DNA of 64,000 nucleotides from Acidobacteriota bacterium (GCA_040005235.1 JBDTZG010000026.1:13354-77353), one strand, 5' to 3'; counted from the first letter of the stretch, positions 18,915 to 29,282 are shown. Made by a program: numbers and translations. The notes: generated by a model from the letters alone, not told the origin.

Positions 18915-19149
18915 GCGAACCCAGGGCTACGAACTCAAGACCACGAACCCAGGCCTTACGAACCCAGGCCCTACGACCCCAGGCCTTACGACCCCAGGCC
19001 TTCAGCCTGGGCTAACGGGAAGAACGGCCCTTCGGGCCTAGAGAAGCCCCGTATCAGCGTTTGTTGTTTGCGGCCCAACGGGTCGCGTCTTCGTTAGCCC
19101 AGGCTGAAGGCCTGGGTTCGTGGGCCTGGGTTCGTGGGCCTGGGTTCGT
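18915..19149. repeat. REP/REPIN-like inverted element with tandem 14-15-nt arms
   Basis: About six ACGAACCCAGGCC(T)-like units, the last extended into CCCAGGCCTTCAGCCTGGGCTAACG, mirrored by CGTTAGCCCAGGCTGAAGGCCTGGGTTCGT + (GGGCCTGGGTTCGT)x2. Confidence 0.85.
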
Positions 19150-19221
19150 GGGGCTGGGGCCGCTGGGTCTGGCCTATCGGATCAATCCTCCGTTGGACCT
19201 CTGTGTTAATTTCTCGCCCCT

Positions 19222-20160
19222 ATGTGGAATGCGTCCTCAGAACGCCCCGCGATCCGTTGCCGCGGCCTGGTCAAGCGCTACGCGGACGTCACCGCGGTCG
19301 ATGGGCTCGACCTCGAAATCCTGCCCGGCGAATGCTTCGGGCTGCTCGGTCCGAACGGCGCGGGCAAGACCACGACGATGGAGATCCTCGAAGGTCTCAC
19401 CGAACCGGACGAAGGCGAGGTCGAGGTGCTCGGGCTCGGGTGGAAGAATTCCGAGCGCGAGCTGCACGAGCGGCTCGGCATCTCACTCCAAGAGACCCAG
19501 CTCAACGAGAAGCTCACCGTGGGCGAAACCGTCCGCCTGTTCGCCTCGTTCTACGCGCAGGCGCGCGACCCGGAAACAGTGCTTGCCGAGCTGTCGCTCA
19601 CCGAGAAGCGCGATGCCCGGGTCGGCAAGCTCTCCGGCGGCCAGAAGCAGCGCCTCGCGGTCGCCTGCGCCCTGGTCGGCAATCCCGACATTCTGTTCCT
19701 CGACGAGCCGACCACCGGCCTCGATCCGCAGAGTCGGCGCGAGCTGTGGGATCAGATCGCCCGCTTCCGCTCGACCGGCGGCACGCTGTTGCTCACCACC
19801 CACTACATGGACGAGGCGGAAAAGCTGTGCGACCGGATCGCGATCGTCGACAAGGGCAAGGTGATCTCGCTCGGCACCCCGCGCGACCTGATCTCCCAGC
19901 TTCCTTCGGCGTATGTGGTCGAGATCGATACCGAGCCGAGCTGGGGCGCCGAGCGGTGGCGCGCTATCCCCGGAGTCCACGAAGCGCGCCGCTTCGGCGA
20001 GGTCTGGTCGCTCGCGGTCACCTCGCTCACCGAAGCCGTGCCCGAGCTGCTTGCCGCCGTCGAGCGCGAAGGGGCGAAGCTCGTTCATCTCTCCACCCAT
20101 CGCGCCACGCTCGAAGACCTGTTCGTGGCCTTGACCGGAAGGGCGCTGCGCGATGAGTGA
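19222..20160 (+). CDS. ABC transporter ATP-binding protein (DrrA/NodI-like)
   Basis: GPNGAGKTT, LSGGQKQR, FLDEPTTGLD. Confidence 0.95.
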   Translation: MWNASSERPAIRCRGLVKRYADVTAVDGLDLEILPGECFGLLGPNGAGKTTTMEILEGLTEPDEGEVEVLGLGWKNSERELHERLGISLQETQLNEKLTVGETVRLFASFYAQARDPETVLAELSLTEKRDARVGKLSGGQKQRLAVACALVGNPDILFLDEPTTGLDPQSRRELWDQIARFRSTGGTLLLTTHYMDEAEKLCDRIAIVDKGKVISLGTPRDLISQLPSAYVVEIDTEPSWGAERWRAIPGVHEARRFGEVWSLAVTSLTEAVPELLAAVEREGAKLVHLSTHRATLEDLFVALTGRALRDE

Positions 20161-21265
20161 CCGATCCCCCTGGCGCCGCCGCCTGGCCTCGCTCGGCCAC
20201 CTCACCCTCTGCCGCGCGAAAGAGTTCACCCGCGAGCCCGAGGCGGTGTTCTGGGTCTTTCTCTTTCCCGTCCTGCTCGCGGTCTCGCTCGGCCTCGCGT
20301 TTCGCGAAAAGGCGCCGGACAAGATCCCGGTCGGGGTGATCACAGGAGGCGGTGGAGCCTCCAACCCGATTTCCGCGACCGCGGACCCGGCGAACCTGGC
20401 AGCCACCGCGGCACTCGAAGCGCTCCGGCGTTCGCCGCAGCTGGCGCCCCGGGCCTACACCGAAGCCGCCGGCCGCGAAGCGCTGCGCACCGGGCGGATC
20501 TCGCTGCTCGTGGCGCCCGGCGCGCCGGGAAAGGCCCCGCGGGTGATCCTCGACGAGACCCGGCCCGACGCACGCACCGCGCGGCTCGAAGCCGAGGATG
20601 CGCTCCAGCGCGCCGCGGGCCGGAAGGATCCGCTCGCCGTCGGCACCGAAAAGCTCACCGAGCCGGGTGCGCGCTATATCGATTTCCTGATCCCCGGCCT
20701 CTTGGGGCTCAACCTGATGGGCACCGGCATCTGGAGCCTCACCTTCTCGATCGCGGTCGCCCGCCAACGGAAGGTCCTGAAGCGCCTGGTCGCGACGCCG
20801 ATGCACAAGGCCGACTACCTGCTGAGCCAGATCTTCGGCCGGATGATCTTCCTAATCCCCGAGCTGGTCATCCTGATCGGCTTCGGCTGGATCGCTTTCG
20901 GCGTCGCCGTCCACGGATCGATCCTCCTGCTGGCCGCAACCTCGCTGCTCGCCGCCATGTCCTTCTGCGGCCTCGGCCTGCTCACCGGCTCCCGAGTCAG
21001 CACCATGGAAGGAGCAAGCGGCCTGGGGAACATGATCCTGCTGCCGATGTGGCTCCTGTCGGGAACCTTCTTCTCTTCCGAGCGCTTCCCCGACGCGGTC
21101 CAGCCGCTGATCAAAGCCCTGCCCCTCACCGCGCTCAACCAGGCCCTCCGCGCGATCATCAACGAAGGACACGGCCTAGCCGAGATCTGGCCCCAACTCA
21201 CCATCGTCGCCGCCTGGGGTTTCGTGAGCTTCGTGGTCGCGCTCAAGATTTTCAAGTGGAAGTAG
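20153..21265 (+). CDS. ABC-2 transporter permease
   Basis: REPEAVFWVFLFP, YIDFLIPG, LSGTFF; overlaps the ATPase stop. Confidence 0.9.
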   Translation: MSDRSPWRRRLASLGHLTLCRAKEFTREPEAVFWVFLFPVLLAVSLGLAFREKAPDKIPVGVITGGGGASNPISATADPANLAATAALEALRRSPQLAPRAYTEAAGREALRTGRISLLVAPGAPGKAPRVILDETRPDARTARLEAEDALQRAAGRKDPLAVGTEKLTEPGARYIDFLIPGLLGLNLMGTGIWSLTFSIAVARQRKVLKRLVATPMHKADYLLSQIFGRMIFLIPELVILIGFGWIAFGVAVHGSILLLAATSLLAAMSFCGLGLLTGSRVSTMEGASGLGNMILLPMWLLSGTFFSSERFPDAVQPLIKALPLTALNQALRAIINEGHGLAEIWPQLTIVAAWGFVSFVVALKIFKWK

Positions 21266-21320
21266 GGGGGCGATAAACCGCTTTTCCCTGGGAGAAATCG
21301 AAGAGCACTAAGCAGGCAGT

Positions 21321-21405
21321 TTCCCGGGACCGCCGAGCACCAGCTCGGCACCGGGGCGGCGCAAACGCCAAAAGCGGCCGAGCTGGTGCTCGGCGGTCCC
21401 GGGAA
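21321..21405. repeat. REP-like doublet: perfect 29-bp inverted repeat
   Basis: TTCCCGGGACCGCCGAGCACCAGCTCGGC ... GCCGAGCTGGTGCTCGGCGGTCCCGGGAA. The same unit recurs at 63961. Confidence 0.9.
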
Positions 21406-21452
21406 CTACCCCGCGCCCAGGAGAAAAAGGCTCCTGGGCGGGCGCCGTTTGC

Positions 21453-24167
21453 CTATAGCGACAAATCCAACCTCCAGCGGTTGAGCTTCCCCACGTCCTG
21501 CGCCGCCAGATCGCTGACGTGCAGGGTCCAGTTGCCTTGCGTCGCAGCACCGGCAAGGGCCGCCAGGCCGGGGCTGGTCACGGAATCGTAGGCCCGGATG
21601 AGGTTGTCCGCGTTGCCGCCGGAACGGTCGTGCAGGAGGACCTTCTGGCCTCCCGGGGCGACCAGCTCGATGCGCAGGTCGCCGATGTAGGTATGGGTGA
21701 TGTCGACGCTCACTTTGACGCCTTTGACGGTGCCGGCCTGCGCAACCGCGAGGCTGCTATTCACTCCGGCCGGAGCGTTGTCGGGAATCGCCAGCCCCGG
21801 GGCCGCTTCTTGATGGATCGTCTGCGTCGCGGCTTCGAGATTCATCTCCAAGCCCCAGTGCTTGAGAGTTCCGACATCCGCGCTGGCGAGGTCCGCCACT
21901 TGGAGCTGCCAGTTCCCTTTGGCCGGATCGCCCAGCAGGGCGGCCAGGGCCGGCAGATCCTCGCTGCGGAAGGTGGCCGTCAGGTTGTCCTGGTTGCCGC
22001 CCGCGCGGTTGTGCAGGATCGCGGTCTTTCCGCTCGGGGCGACCAGCTTGACGGTCAGGTCGCCGATGAAGGTATGGGCGATGTCCACCGCCACGCTCAG
22101 GCGTTTGATGCGCCCTTCGTTGGCGACCGAGAGGACGTGCGAAATGCCCGCCGCGGTGTTGTCGGGAATCGCCAGGTTCGGATTGCCTTCGACTTTCACG
22201 GTCGGCGCGATCGGCCCGGTTGGTCCGGTTGGTCCGGTTGGTCCGGTCGGGCCGGGAGGCGCGGTGGAGGGCGGCGGGTTGAAATCGGCGACGATGCCGG
22301 AAAGCGTTGCGCCGTTCGAGTGGGCGTTCGGGCCCATGCCGAATTTGGCGAACGCCGCCCAGGCGCCGGTCTTCGCTGCGTCGAACTGCGCGGGGGTCAA
22401 TTGGCCCGCCGCCCGCTTGTCGGCGAGCGCGCGGAGGATGGCGTCGCGCGCATCGAGGAAGCTGGGATTGGCGGGAGTCAGCTTGAAACCATCGACCACC
22501 AACTGCAGGCCCAAAACCTTGCCGATGTTGCGGTTCATCTCCATCAGCGCGGCGCACCAGAGCTCGCCGATGTTGTGGACTTCGGTATAGCGGCCGGTGC
22601 CCAGTTTTCCGAAGTGATCCGGGAAGTGGCTGTCGTAGGGAAACCCGCGAATCCCGGTTGGATCGTTGACCACCCAATTGCCCACCACCGTCGAGTCGTT
22701 GACGCTGCACGCGATGTAGTCGCTCCATCCTTCGCCCATGCCGGAGCTTTGGATCGCCTCCAGCGCCCGGTCGTTGGCCGGGCCGCCCACCAAACGATTG
22801 GACACCCCGTGGGTGAACTCGTGAAAGACCACGCTCGAATCGAAGGCGGTATGCCGGTTGGTCGAAGTCACCAGGCCCATGTTCATCACCGGGCTTGAGC
22901 CGTCCACGGGGGTGCCCATGTTGGCCGTGCCGTTCACCGCCCCGGAGTGCGCCCGCGCATCGACCCGGTCGGTGGCCAGGCCGCCGCGCCCCAGGTTGTC
23001 GCTCTGGAAGTTGCCGTCCCGTTCGCGGAAGCCGAGCAGGTAGAAGAAATCGTGCATCACGCAGTTGAAATAGAAAATGTTGAGAACTTTTTGATCGTCG
23101 CCGGTGGCATCGGCGGGATTGAACTCCAGGACTCCGCCTTGCACCGCTCCGGTGCCGGAAGCGCCGCTCACGCCCAAATGGGCGAGGGCGCAGTTGCCGG
23201 TGGTTTGGTTCGCCCCCACCCATTCGTCGGGAAAACCGGTCGGCAGGCCCGCGGGAACCGGCAGGCCGTACTCCGCGAGAGGACGAGGAAAGTCGGTGAC
23301 CTGGCGCGCGCTGCCGCCGTCGACGCGGAAGACGTTGCCCCGTCCTCGTACGCTCTGCATCAACTGGCGACAGAAGAGGATTTCGCCGCTCTGGGCATCG
23401 ACCAGCGTACGGAACTGACCTTCCTCCTCGGGCATCGTCAGAATGACTTCCCAGGTCAGGCGCAGATCGCCCTCCAACGGAAACCAGACCAGCCGCGCTT
23501 TGATCGCGGCGGCGAACGGTCCGGCTTCGAGGACACTCAGACGTTCCGGTTTCTCTGCGAACGCCGCGCTGACTTTCGGCTCCCAGCCCGTCAGATCCAC
23601 GGACTTCCACACGAGCGGCTCGCCGTAGGGATCTTTCTCTCCCGCCTCGTCCGCGTCGGGCTCCGCCACATGCTGAGCGGCTTTGAGCACCGCCTGCTCC
23701 ACGGTCAAGGCCGCCGACACCGCCAGCTCCTCTTGGACGGTGACGCTGCTGCCCACGGTCTCCTGGATCGCCCCGGCCGGATCGAAACGAACCGTCTCGG
23801 CCGCCTGAAAGATCGTAATCCCCTTGTAACGCTGCTGCATGTGCACGGCCACCGAGCCGCTGCTGGTCTGCTGGAAATCGGGATCGGCCTGATACTCCTT
23901 GGGCTGGTCTGCCACAAGCCCGAACACACCGCCCAAGCCCTGAACATGATCCAGGGCGCGTTGGACGTAGTTGCCCGGTTCGGCCGGGGCACCTTCGGAA
24001 GCGACCAGCGAGGGGTTGCCGGTAGCGGCGTTAAGTCCCTCGATCCGAACGCGATGGGCGCCCGGCAGGAGATCCGAAGACGTCGCCGCCCGTTCGTTCA
24101 GCTCCGTTTCGCGGAGCGGCGTGGCGCGGTTGATACTGGGGTCACGGCGATCGATTTCTCTGCTCAT
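21453..24167 (-). CDS. M36 (fungalysin) metallopeptidase with FTP propeptide, (GPT)n linker and two proprotein-convertase P domains
   Basis: HEFTH zinc motif, GMGEGWSD, EVHNIGELW, and two AIPDN...VDI.HT.IGDL...GNW.L.V.D.A..DVG.L..W repeats. GGAGG RBS before ATG 24167. Confidence 0.9.
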   Translation of the reverse strand: MSREIDRRDPSINRATPLRETELNERAATSSDLLPGAHRVRIEGLNAATGNPSLVASEGAPAEPGNYVQRALDHVQGLGGVFGLVADQPKEYQADPDFQQTSSGSVAVHMQQRYKGITIFQAAETVRFDPAGAIQETVGSSVTVQEELAVSAALTVEQAVLKAAQHVAEPDADEAGEKDPYGEPLVWKSVDLTGWEPKVSAAFAEKPERLSVLEAGPFAAAIKARLVWFPLEGDLRLTWEVILTMPEEEGQFRTLVDAQSGEILFCRQLMQSVRGRGNVFRVDGGSARQVTDFPRPLAEYGLPVPAGLPTGFPDEWVGANQTTGNCALAHLGVSGASGTGAVQGGVLEFNPADATGDDQKVLNIFYFNCVMHDFFYLLGFRERDGNFQSDNLGRGGLATDRVDARAHSGAVNGTANMGTPVDGSSPVMNMGLVTSTNRHTAFDSSVVFHEFTHGVSNRLVGGPANDRALEAIQSSGMGEGWSDYIACSVNDSTVVGNWVVNDPTGIRGFPYDSHFPDHFGKLGTGRYTEVHNIGELWCAALMEMNRNIGKVLGLQLVVDGFKLTPANPSFLDARDAILRALADKRAAGQLTPAQFDAAKTGAWAAFAKFGMGPNAHSNGATLSGIVADFNPPPSTAPPGPTGPTGPTGPTGPIAPTVKVEGNPNLAIPDNTAAGISHVLSVANEGRIKRLSVAVDIAHTFIGDLTVKLVAPSGKTAILHNRAGGNQDNLTATFRSEDLPALAALLGDPAKGNWQLQVADLASADVGTLKHWGLEMNLEAATQTIHQEAAPGLAIPDNAPAGVNSSLAVAQAGTVKGVKVSVDITHTYIGDLRIELVAPGGQKVLLHDRSGGNADNLIRAYDSVTSPGLAALAGAATQGNWTLHVSDLAAQDVGKLNRWRLDLSL

Positions 24168-24440
24168 GATGGGGCCTCCATTCTGCTGGCCCGGGGCCTT
24201 TGTCATCGCCGAATCGGATGACCTACCCGGGACCTAAGGAATTGGACGGCCACCCCGCTCCAGTTTCTCGGCTAGATCGAGGGAACGCGGAGCGCCGTCT
24301 CTCCTCCTTGGGCGCCCCGCCGAGGAAAAGCGTTACGGTATTTCCGCTCGGGCTTGTCGAGCGAGCCGATGCGCTTCGCTCGACGTTGTCCATGCAATAG
24401 AGTTAGAAATCCACACCCGTGTTGGCGCAAGAGGCACCTA

Positions 24441-25417
24441 ATGGCAAAGCGTAAGACACCCGAACCATCGCTCGTCCCTTTGGCGGAGCCGCTGTACCGG
24501 GAGATTCGAGCGGTCCTCGAAATGGCTCGTGTCGGCGCCTACCGCGCAGTCAATGCGGCGATGGTGCAGGCCTACTGGCAGGTCGGGCGGCTGATCGTCG
24601 AAAACGAGCAGAATGGACGCCGTCGAGCGGGATATGGCGAAGCTGTAATTGTGACCCTTGCGGAGCGACTGAACGGCGATCTGGGAAGTGGGTTTGACGT
24701 GCGAAATCTGTGGTACATGCGCAGGTTTTTCCTCGCCTTCCCGATTCTGAACGCACCGCGTTCACAATTGCCAGGACAGGAGAAGAGCGCCGAAGCAGGC
24801 CTTGAATCTGTGACTCTTCCTCCGGTGCATGAGGCAACGCGAGCCCTTCGGCCGGAGCTTTCCTGGACCCACTATCGCCTGCTCCTTGGCGTTGAAGACC
24901 CCCAAGCCCGCGAGTGGTACCTGAAGGAGGCCGCGGACCAGCACTGGTCGACCCGTCAGCTCGAGCGCCAGATCTCGGTGCTCTATTACGAGCGCCTATT
25001 GGCCAGCCGCAGGAAGGCGCCGGTCCGCAAGAGGCAGTTGACAAAATCGCAGCGCTCGAACCGGAGCAGTTCATCCGGGACCCGTACGTGCTCGAATTCC
25101 TCGACCTGAAAGACTACCCGGCGCTGCGCGAATCTTCGGTCGAGAAGGCGATCATCGGCAACTTGCAGGAGTTCCTCTTGGAACTGGGCAAGGGCTTCTC
25201 CTTCGTCGCCCGCCAGAAGCGCCTGCGCTTTGAGGACGAGGACTTCTATGTCGACCTCGTCTTCTACAACTACCTGCTTCGGTGCTTCGTGCTGATCGAC
25301 CTCAAGGTCGGCAAGTTGACCCACCAGGACATCGGTCAGATGGAATCCTACGTGCGCATGTTCGACGCCCACGCTCGGCCAGAGGGCGACAACCCGACCA
25401 TCGGCCTGATCCTTTGA
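24441..25417 (+). pseudogene. yhcG: YhcG/DUF1016 PDDEXK nuclease, frameshifted and C-terminally truncated
   Basis: AVNAAMVQAYWQVGR and LSWTHY lie in one frame; IRDPYVLEFL, FLLELGKGF and IDLK lie in another (shift near 25030). It stops at PTIGLIL*. Confidence 0.85.
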
Positions 25418-25433
25418 GCCGTCCCATTTCCCT

Positions 25434-27846
25434 CTACTCGTACCGCAGCGCCACCACCGGTTCCACCCGCGTCGCCCTCCGGGCGGGAATCCAGGTGGCG
25501 AACAGCGCCACCGCGAGCAGGACGAGCGGCACGCCGACGAAGGTCCACGGGTCGCGCGGGGTGACGCCGTAGAGGAGGCTCGCGAGAACCCGGGCGAGGA
25601 AGAAGGCGCCCAGCAGGCCGGCCACGGTTCCGGCGAGGACGATGCCCAGCCCTTCGCGCAGGAGTTGGCGCAGGATCTGGCCCGCGCCGGCTCCCAGCGC
25701 CATGCGCAGGCCGATCTCGCGCGTCCGTTCGGCGACCGAGTAGGAGAGGACGCCGTAGATCCCGACCGCGGAGAGGACGAGCGCGAGCGCCGCGAGCAGG
25801 GAGAGGAGGAAGGTCTGGGCGCGCGGCTCGGCGACCGAGTCGTAGAGCAAGGCGTCGAGCGTCTTGACGTGGGCCACCGGCAGGGCGGGATCGACCTCCC
25901 GCACAATCCGGGCGACCGCCGCGGCGAGGCCGGCCGGGTTTACCGCGGTGCGGATCACCAGAGCCGCCTCGGAGTTGGGCGACTGGAAAATCGGTAGATA
26001 CGCCTGGTTGCCGGATTCCTCTTTCAGCTCCGAATGATGCACGTCGCCGACCACTCCCACGACGCGGAACCAGTCCGATTTCTCATCCACCGGGACGTCG
26101 AACGAGAACCTCCGCCCGAGCACGCTCTGGCCCGGCCAAATCTTCTCGGCGAGCGACCGGTTGATCACCGCGACCTTGTCGCCGCCGATCGAGTCGCGCC
26201 CGTCAAAAGCGCGCCCCTGGCGCAGCGGAATGCCGAGCGTCGAGAAGTAGGTCGGCGAAACGAACGCCATGTTCGCGCGCGGCAGATCTGTGACCTCTGC
26301 CGGCTGCCCCTCGGCCTGGAAGGCCAGGCGCATGCGGTCGCCCGAGAGCGGCAGCGGATATCCCGCCGCGGCGTTTTGCACCCCCGGCAGGGCAGCGAGG
26401 CGCGGCAGCAGATCGCGGTAGAAAGCGGCCTGCTTTTCCTCTGTGCCGTACGTCGTATCGGGCAGCGCCACCTGGACGGACAGGGCATGGTCGGAGCGGA
26501 ATCCCGGCTGCACGTTCTGCAGCGCGCGCAGGCTGCGAATCAACAACCCCGCTGAAATCAGCAGGATCATCGCGAGCGCCACCTCGGCGAAGACCAGGGC
26601 GGAGCGGGTCCGCCGGCCGCGCCGGTCGCCCGCGCCTTTCGCCCCGTCGCGCAGCGTCGATTGCAGATTGGGGTTGGAGGCATGAAGGGCCGGCAGCAGC
26701 CCGAACAGCAGCCCGGTCGCGAGCGACAGGCCGAGGGTGAACGCGAGCACCGTCGTATCGACCCCAACCTCGGCGGCGCGCGGGATGCGGTTACCGAACA
26801 GGGCGAGCAGGAGAGGCGTACCGAGGGCCGCGAGCCCTGCGCCGAGGAGGCCTCCCGCCAGCGACAACAGCGTGCTCTCGGTCAGGAACTGGCGGATCAG
26901 CCGGCCACGCCCGGCCCCCAGCGCTGTGCGCACCGCCACTTCGCGCTCCCGCGCGGCGAGCCGCGACAGCAGCAGGTTCGCGACGTTCGCGCAGGCGATC
27001 AACAAAACCAGCCCGACCGCGCCGAGCAGGACGAACAGCGCGGGGCGGATGTTTTCGACCATCGTTTCCTGGAGCGGCGACAAACGGATGCTCCAGTTCG
27101 TGTTGGTGTCGGGGTGCGCCTTGGCGAGGCGGGCCGCGATCCCGCTCATCTCGGCCTGCGCTCGGGCAAGCGTCACCGCCCGGGCCGAGGCGGCCGAGTA
27201 CGCGCAGGAAGTGGCCGCCGCGCTGCTCTTCGGCAACCTCCAGCCGCAGCGGCAGCCAGAGATCGACGCCGCGCGGCAGGTCTAGGGTGGCCGGCATCAC
27301 ACCGACGATCAGCGTCGGCTTGCCGTTCATCATCATCAGCCGCCGGCCGACGACGCCGGGGTCGCCGCCGAAGCGCCGCTGCCAGAGGCGCGAGGAGAGC
27401 ACCGCCACGTGCGGTCCGCCGGGGACGTCCTCCGCGGGCAAGAGCGGCCGGCCAGCCAACGGTTGAAGCCCCAGCAGGCCGAAGAAATCGCCGGAGACCC
27501 GTCCCGCGAACAGGCGCTCGGGTTCCCCTTCGCCGGTCAGGTTGACGTTGTCGGTCCCCATCGCGGCGAGGTGCGAGAAGACCTTGTTCTGCTCCCGCCA
27601 GTCGGCGAAATCGGGCGGCGACGTCGCCCCCGCGCGTAGACCGTCCGGCGCTACGTCGATCAGGCGGATCACCCGCTCCGGCTGGGAAAACGGCAACGGC
27701 TTGAGCAGCACCGCCTGCACCACGCTGAAGATCGCGGTGTTCGCGCCGATTCCGAGCGCGAGCGCCGCGACCGCGATCAGGGTCAGGCTCGGGTGCTTCC
27801 ACAGGCTGCGCCAGGCAAATCGAAGATCGGTGCCGAAGCTCTCCAT
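25434..27846 (-). pseudogene. ADOP/MacB-like duplicated ABC permease split by a single-base frameshift
   Basis: N-part DLRFAWRSL...ALGIGANTAIFSVV; C-part VLLIACANVANLLL...RTREIGLRMALGA...ALRYE. An extra base near 27177 breaks PGVTLARA. Confidence 0.85.
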
Positions 27847-27948
27847 TGCGAGCTCTCCTCAGAAAACAGAATTCGCTCCCCCGAGCCGGGGGATCTCTTT
27901 AGAGAACGCAGAACGCGGCGCAAGGTTGCAGACGGAAGGGCGGGTGCC

Positions 27949-28326
27949 GGAAGCCGCCATCGGCCACCAACAGCGTTTCTGCGGCCTTCGAGAGCGGCTA
28001 TCTGGCCCTGGATCTGCGCATCGCCCGTCTATACCCGCTTTCGGCGCCTGGATCGCGGGCAGCGCTCTTCGAAAGCCGCTATCGCCCGAGGAGAACGACG
28101 TTACAGCGGCGGATAGCGGCTATCGCTCTCGGCCGGCCGCCAGCGGCCAAGGAATCACGCGTTTTTCCTTCTGCATCCCGCTCTCCGCGCCGGATGGCCG
28201 AATCCAGCGGCGGAAAGCCGCTATCGGCGGTTGCGCCGCGAGCGCAGCGGGCGCCAACGCTCGGCGAAGCTCGCTGAGCGAATTCTCCGCTCGGCAGTGA
28301 GCCCGCCGGAGCGCATAGCGGTATTG
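27949..28326. repeat. Phased array of imperfect 13-bp palindromes GATAGC-S-GCTATC
   Basis: Copies start at 27949, 27990, 28030, 28071, 28112, 28213 and 28314. Confidence 0.6.
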
Positions 28327-28343
28327 CGTCGGCGCTGCGAGAA

Positions 28344-29282
28344 TTACCGCCGCCGCAGGCGCCGCGCGGCCATCAGGCCCAAGCCGCTTGCCAGCGCCGC
28401 AAGGCCGAATACGTCGAGCGTTGGGATCGCCAGCACCGTGAGCCCGTCGGAATCGGTCGCCGTGTTGTTCCCCGGCGTCGGATCGGGGATGGCTGGAGGC
28501 GCCGTGATCGTCGCTGTGTTCACCAAAGGCGCGGCCGTTCCCGGGGCGATCGAGCAAATCGCGGTATAGGTGGCGGTTCCCCCGGCGGGTAGGTTGACGA
28601 GGTCGTTGATATTGCCCGCTCCGCCGGCCGTGCAGGTCGCTCCTCCAGCCCCCACGCAGGTCCAATTACAGGTCAGCGAGGCGGGGAAGGTATCGGCCAC
28701 CGTGGCGCCCGGAGCGTCCGACGGGCCGGCGTTGCTGGCCACGATCGTGTATGTCGTCGAACCGCCGGCCGTAAAGGTGCTCGAGCCGTCGCTCTTCGAG
28801 ATCGCGAGGTCGGCGATTGGATTCAGCCCATTTGAATCGGTGGCCGAGTTGTTCACGCCGACCGGGTCGGAAAAGCCCGCGGGCGAAGTGATCGTCGCGG
28901 TGTTGAAGAACGACAGCGTCGCATTCGACGCGATGTCGCAGGTCACCGTCACCACGACCTGGCCGCCGACCGGCAGATCGACCGACTGATTCGCGCTCGG
29001 CTCGCCGCCCGCGGGGACCGAGCACAATCCTCCAAGCTGCCCCACGCAGGTCCACGTGCAGTTTTCGAGCGGCGCGGTGAACAGATCCCCGAACGCCGAT
29101 CCGGGCGCGTTGCTCGGCCCCGCGTTGCTCGCGATGATCGTGTAGGTGATCGTCCCGCCCGGCGTCGAGGTGAGAGCGCCATCGGTCTTGGTGATCGAAA
29201 GATCGGCCGTCGGGTTGCCCGCCCAGGCGGCGGAAGCCCCGAGGGCGAAGAGGACTGCGAGAGAAGCGAGTGGCTTGAGCAT
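28344..29282 (-). CDS. DUF11-repeat surface protein with IPTL-CTERM sorting signal
   Basis: Signal peptide; two ADL.I.K.DG...TYTI..SNAGPS.A...DP...NN.ATDS repeats; C-terminal AIPTLDVFG + TM + RRLRRR. Confidence 0.9.
   Translation of the reverse strand: MLKPLASLAVLFALGASAAWAGNPTADLSITKTDGALTSTPGGTITYTIIASNAGPSNAPGSAFGDLFTAPLENCTWTCVGQLGGLCSVPAGGEPSANQSVDLPVGGQVVVTVTCDIASNATLSFFNTATITSPAGFSDPVGVNNSATDSNGLNPIADLAISKSDGSSTFTAGGSTTYTIVASNAGPSDAPGATVADTFPASLTCNWTCVGAGGATCTAGGAGNINDLVNLPAGGTATYTAICSIAPGTAAPLVNTATITAPPAIPDPTPGNNTATDSDGLTVLAIPTLDVFGLAALASGLGLMAARRLRRR

Noticed and set aside
18915-19149. CRISPR array
   Set aside because: Units are 14-15-nt head-to-tail repeats without spacers, arranged as inverted arms; no cas genes.
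25030-27180. Programmed frameshifting in yhcG or the ADOP permease
   Set aside because: No slippery sequence or homopolymer tract at either site, and these families are normally single-frame.
27949-28326. Canonical CRISPR array
   Set aside because: Repeats are only 13 nt and degenerate, and no cas genes are present. Kept only as an unexplained phased array.
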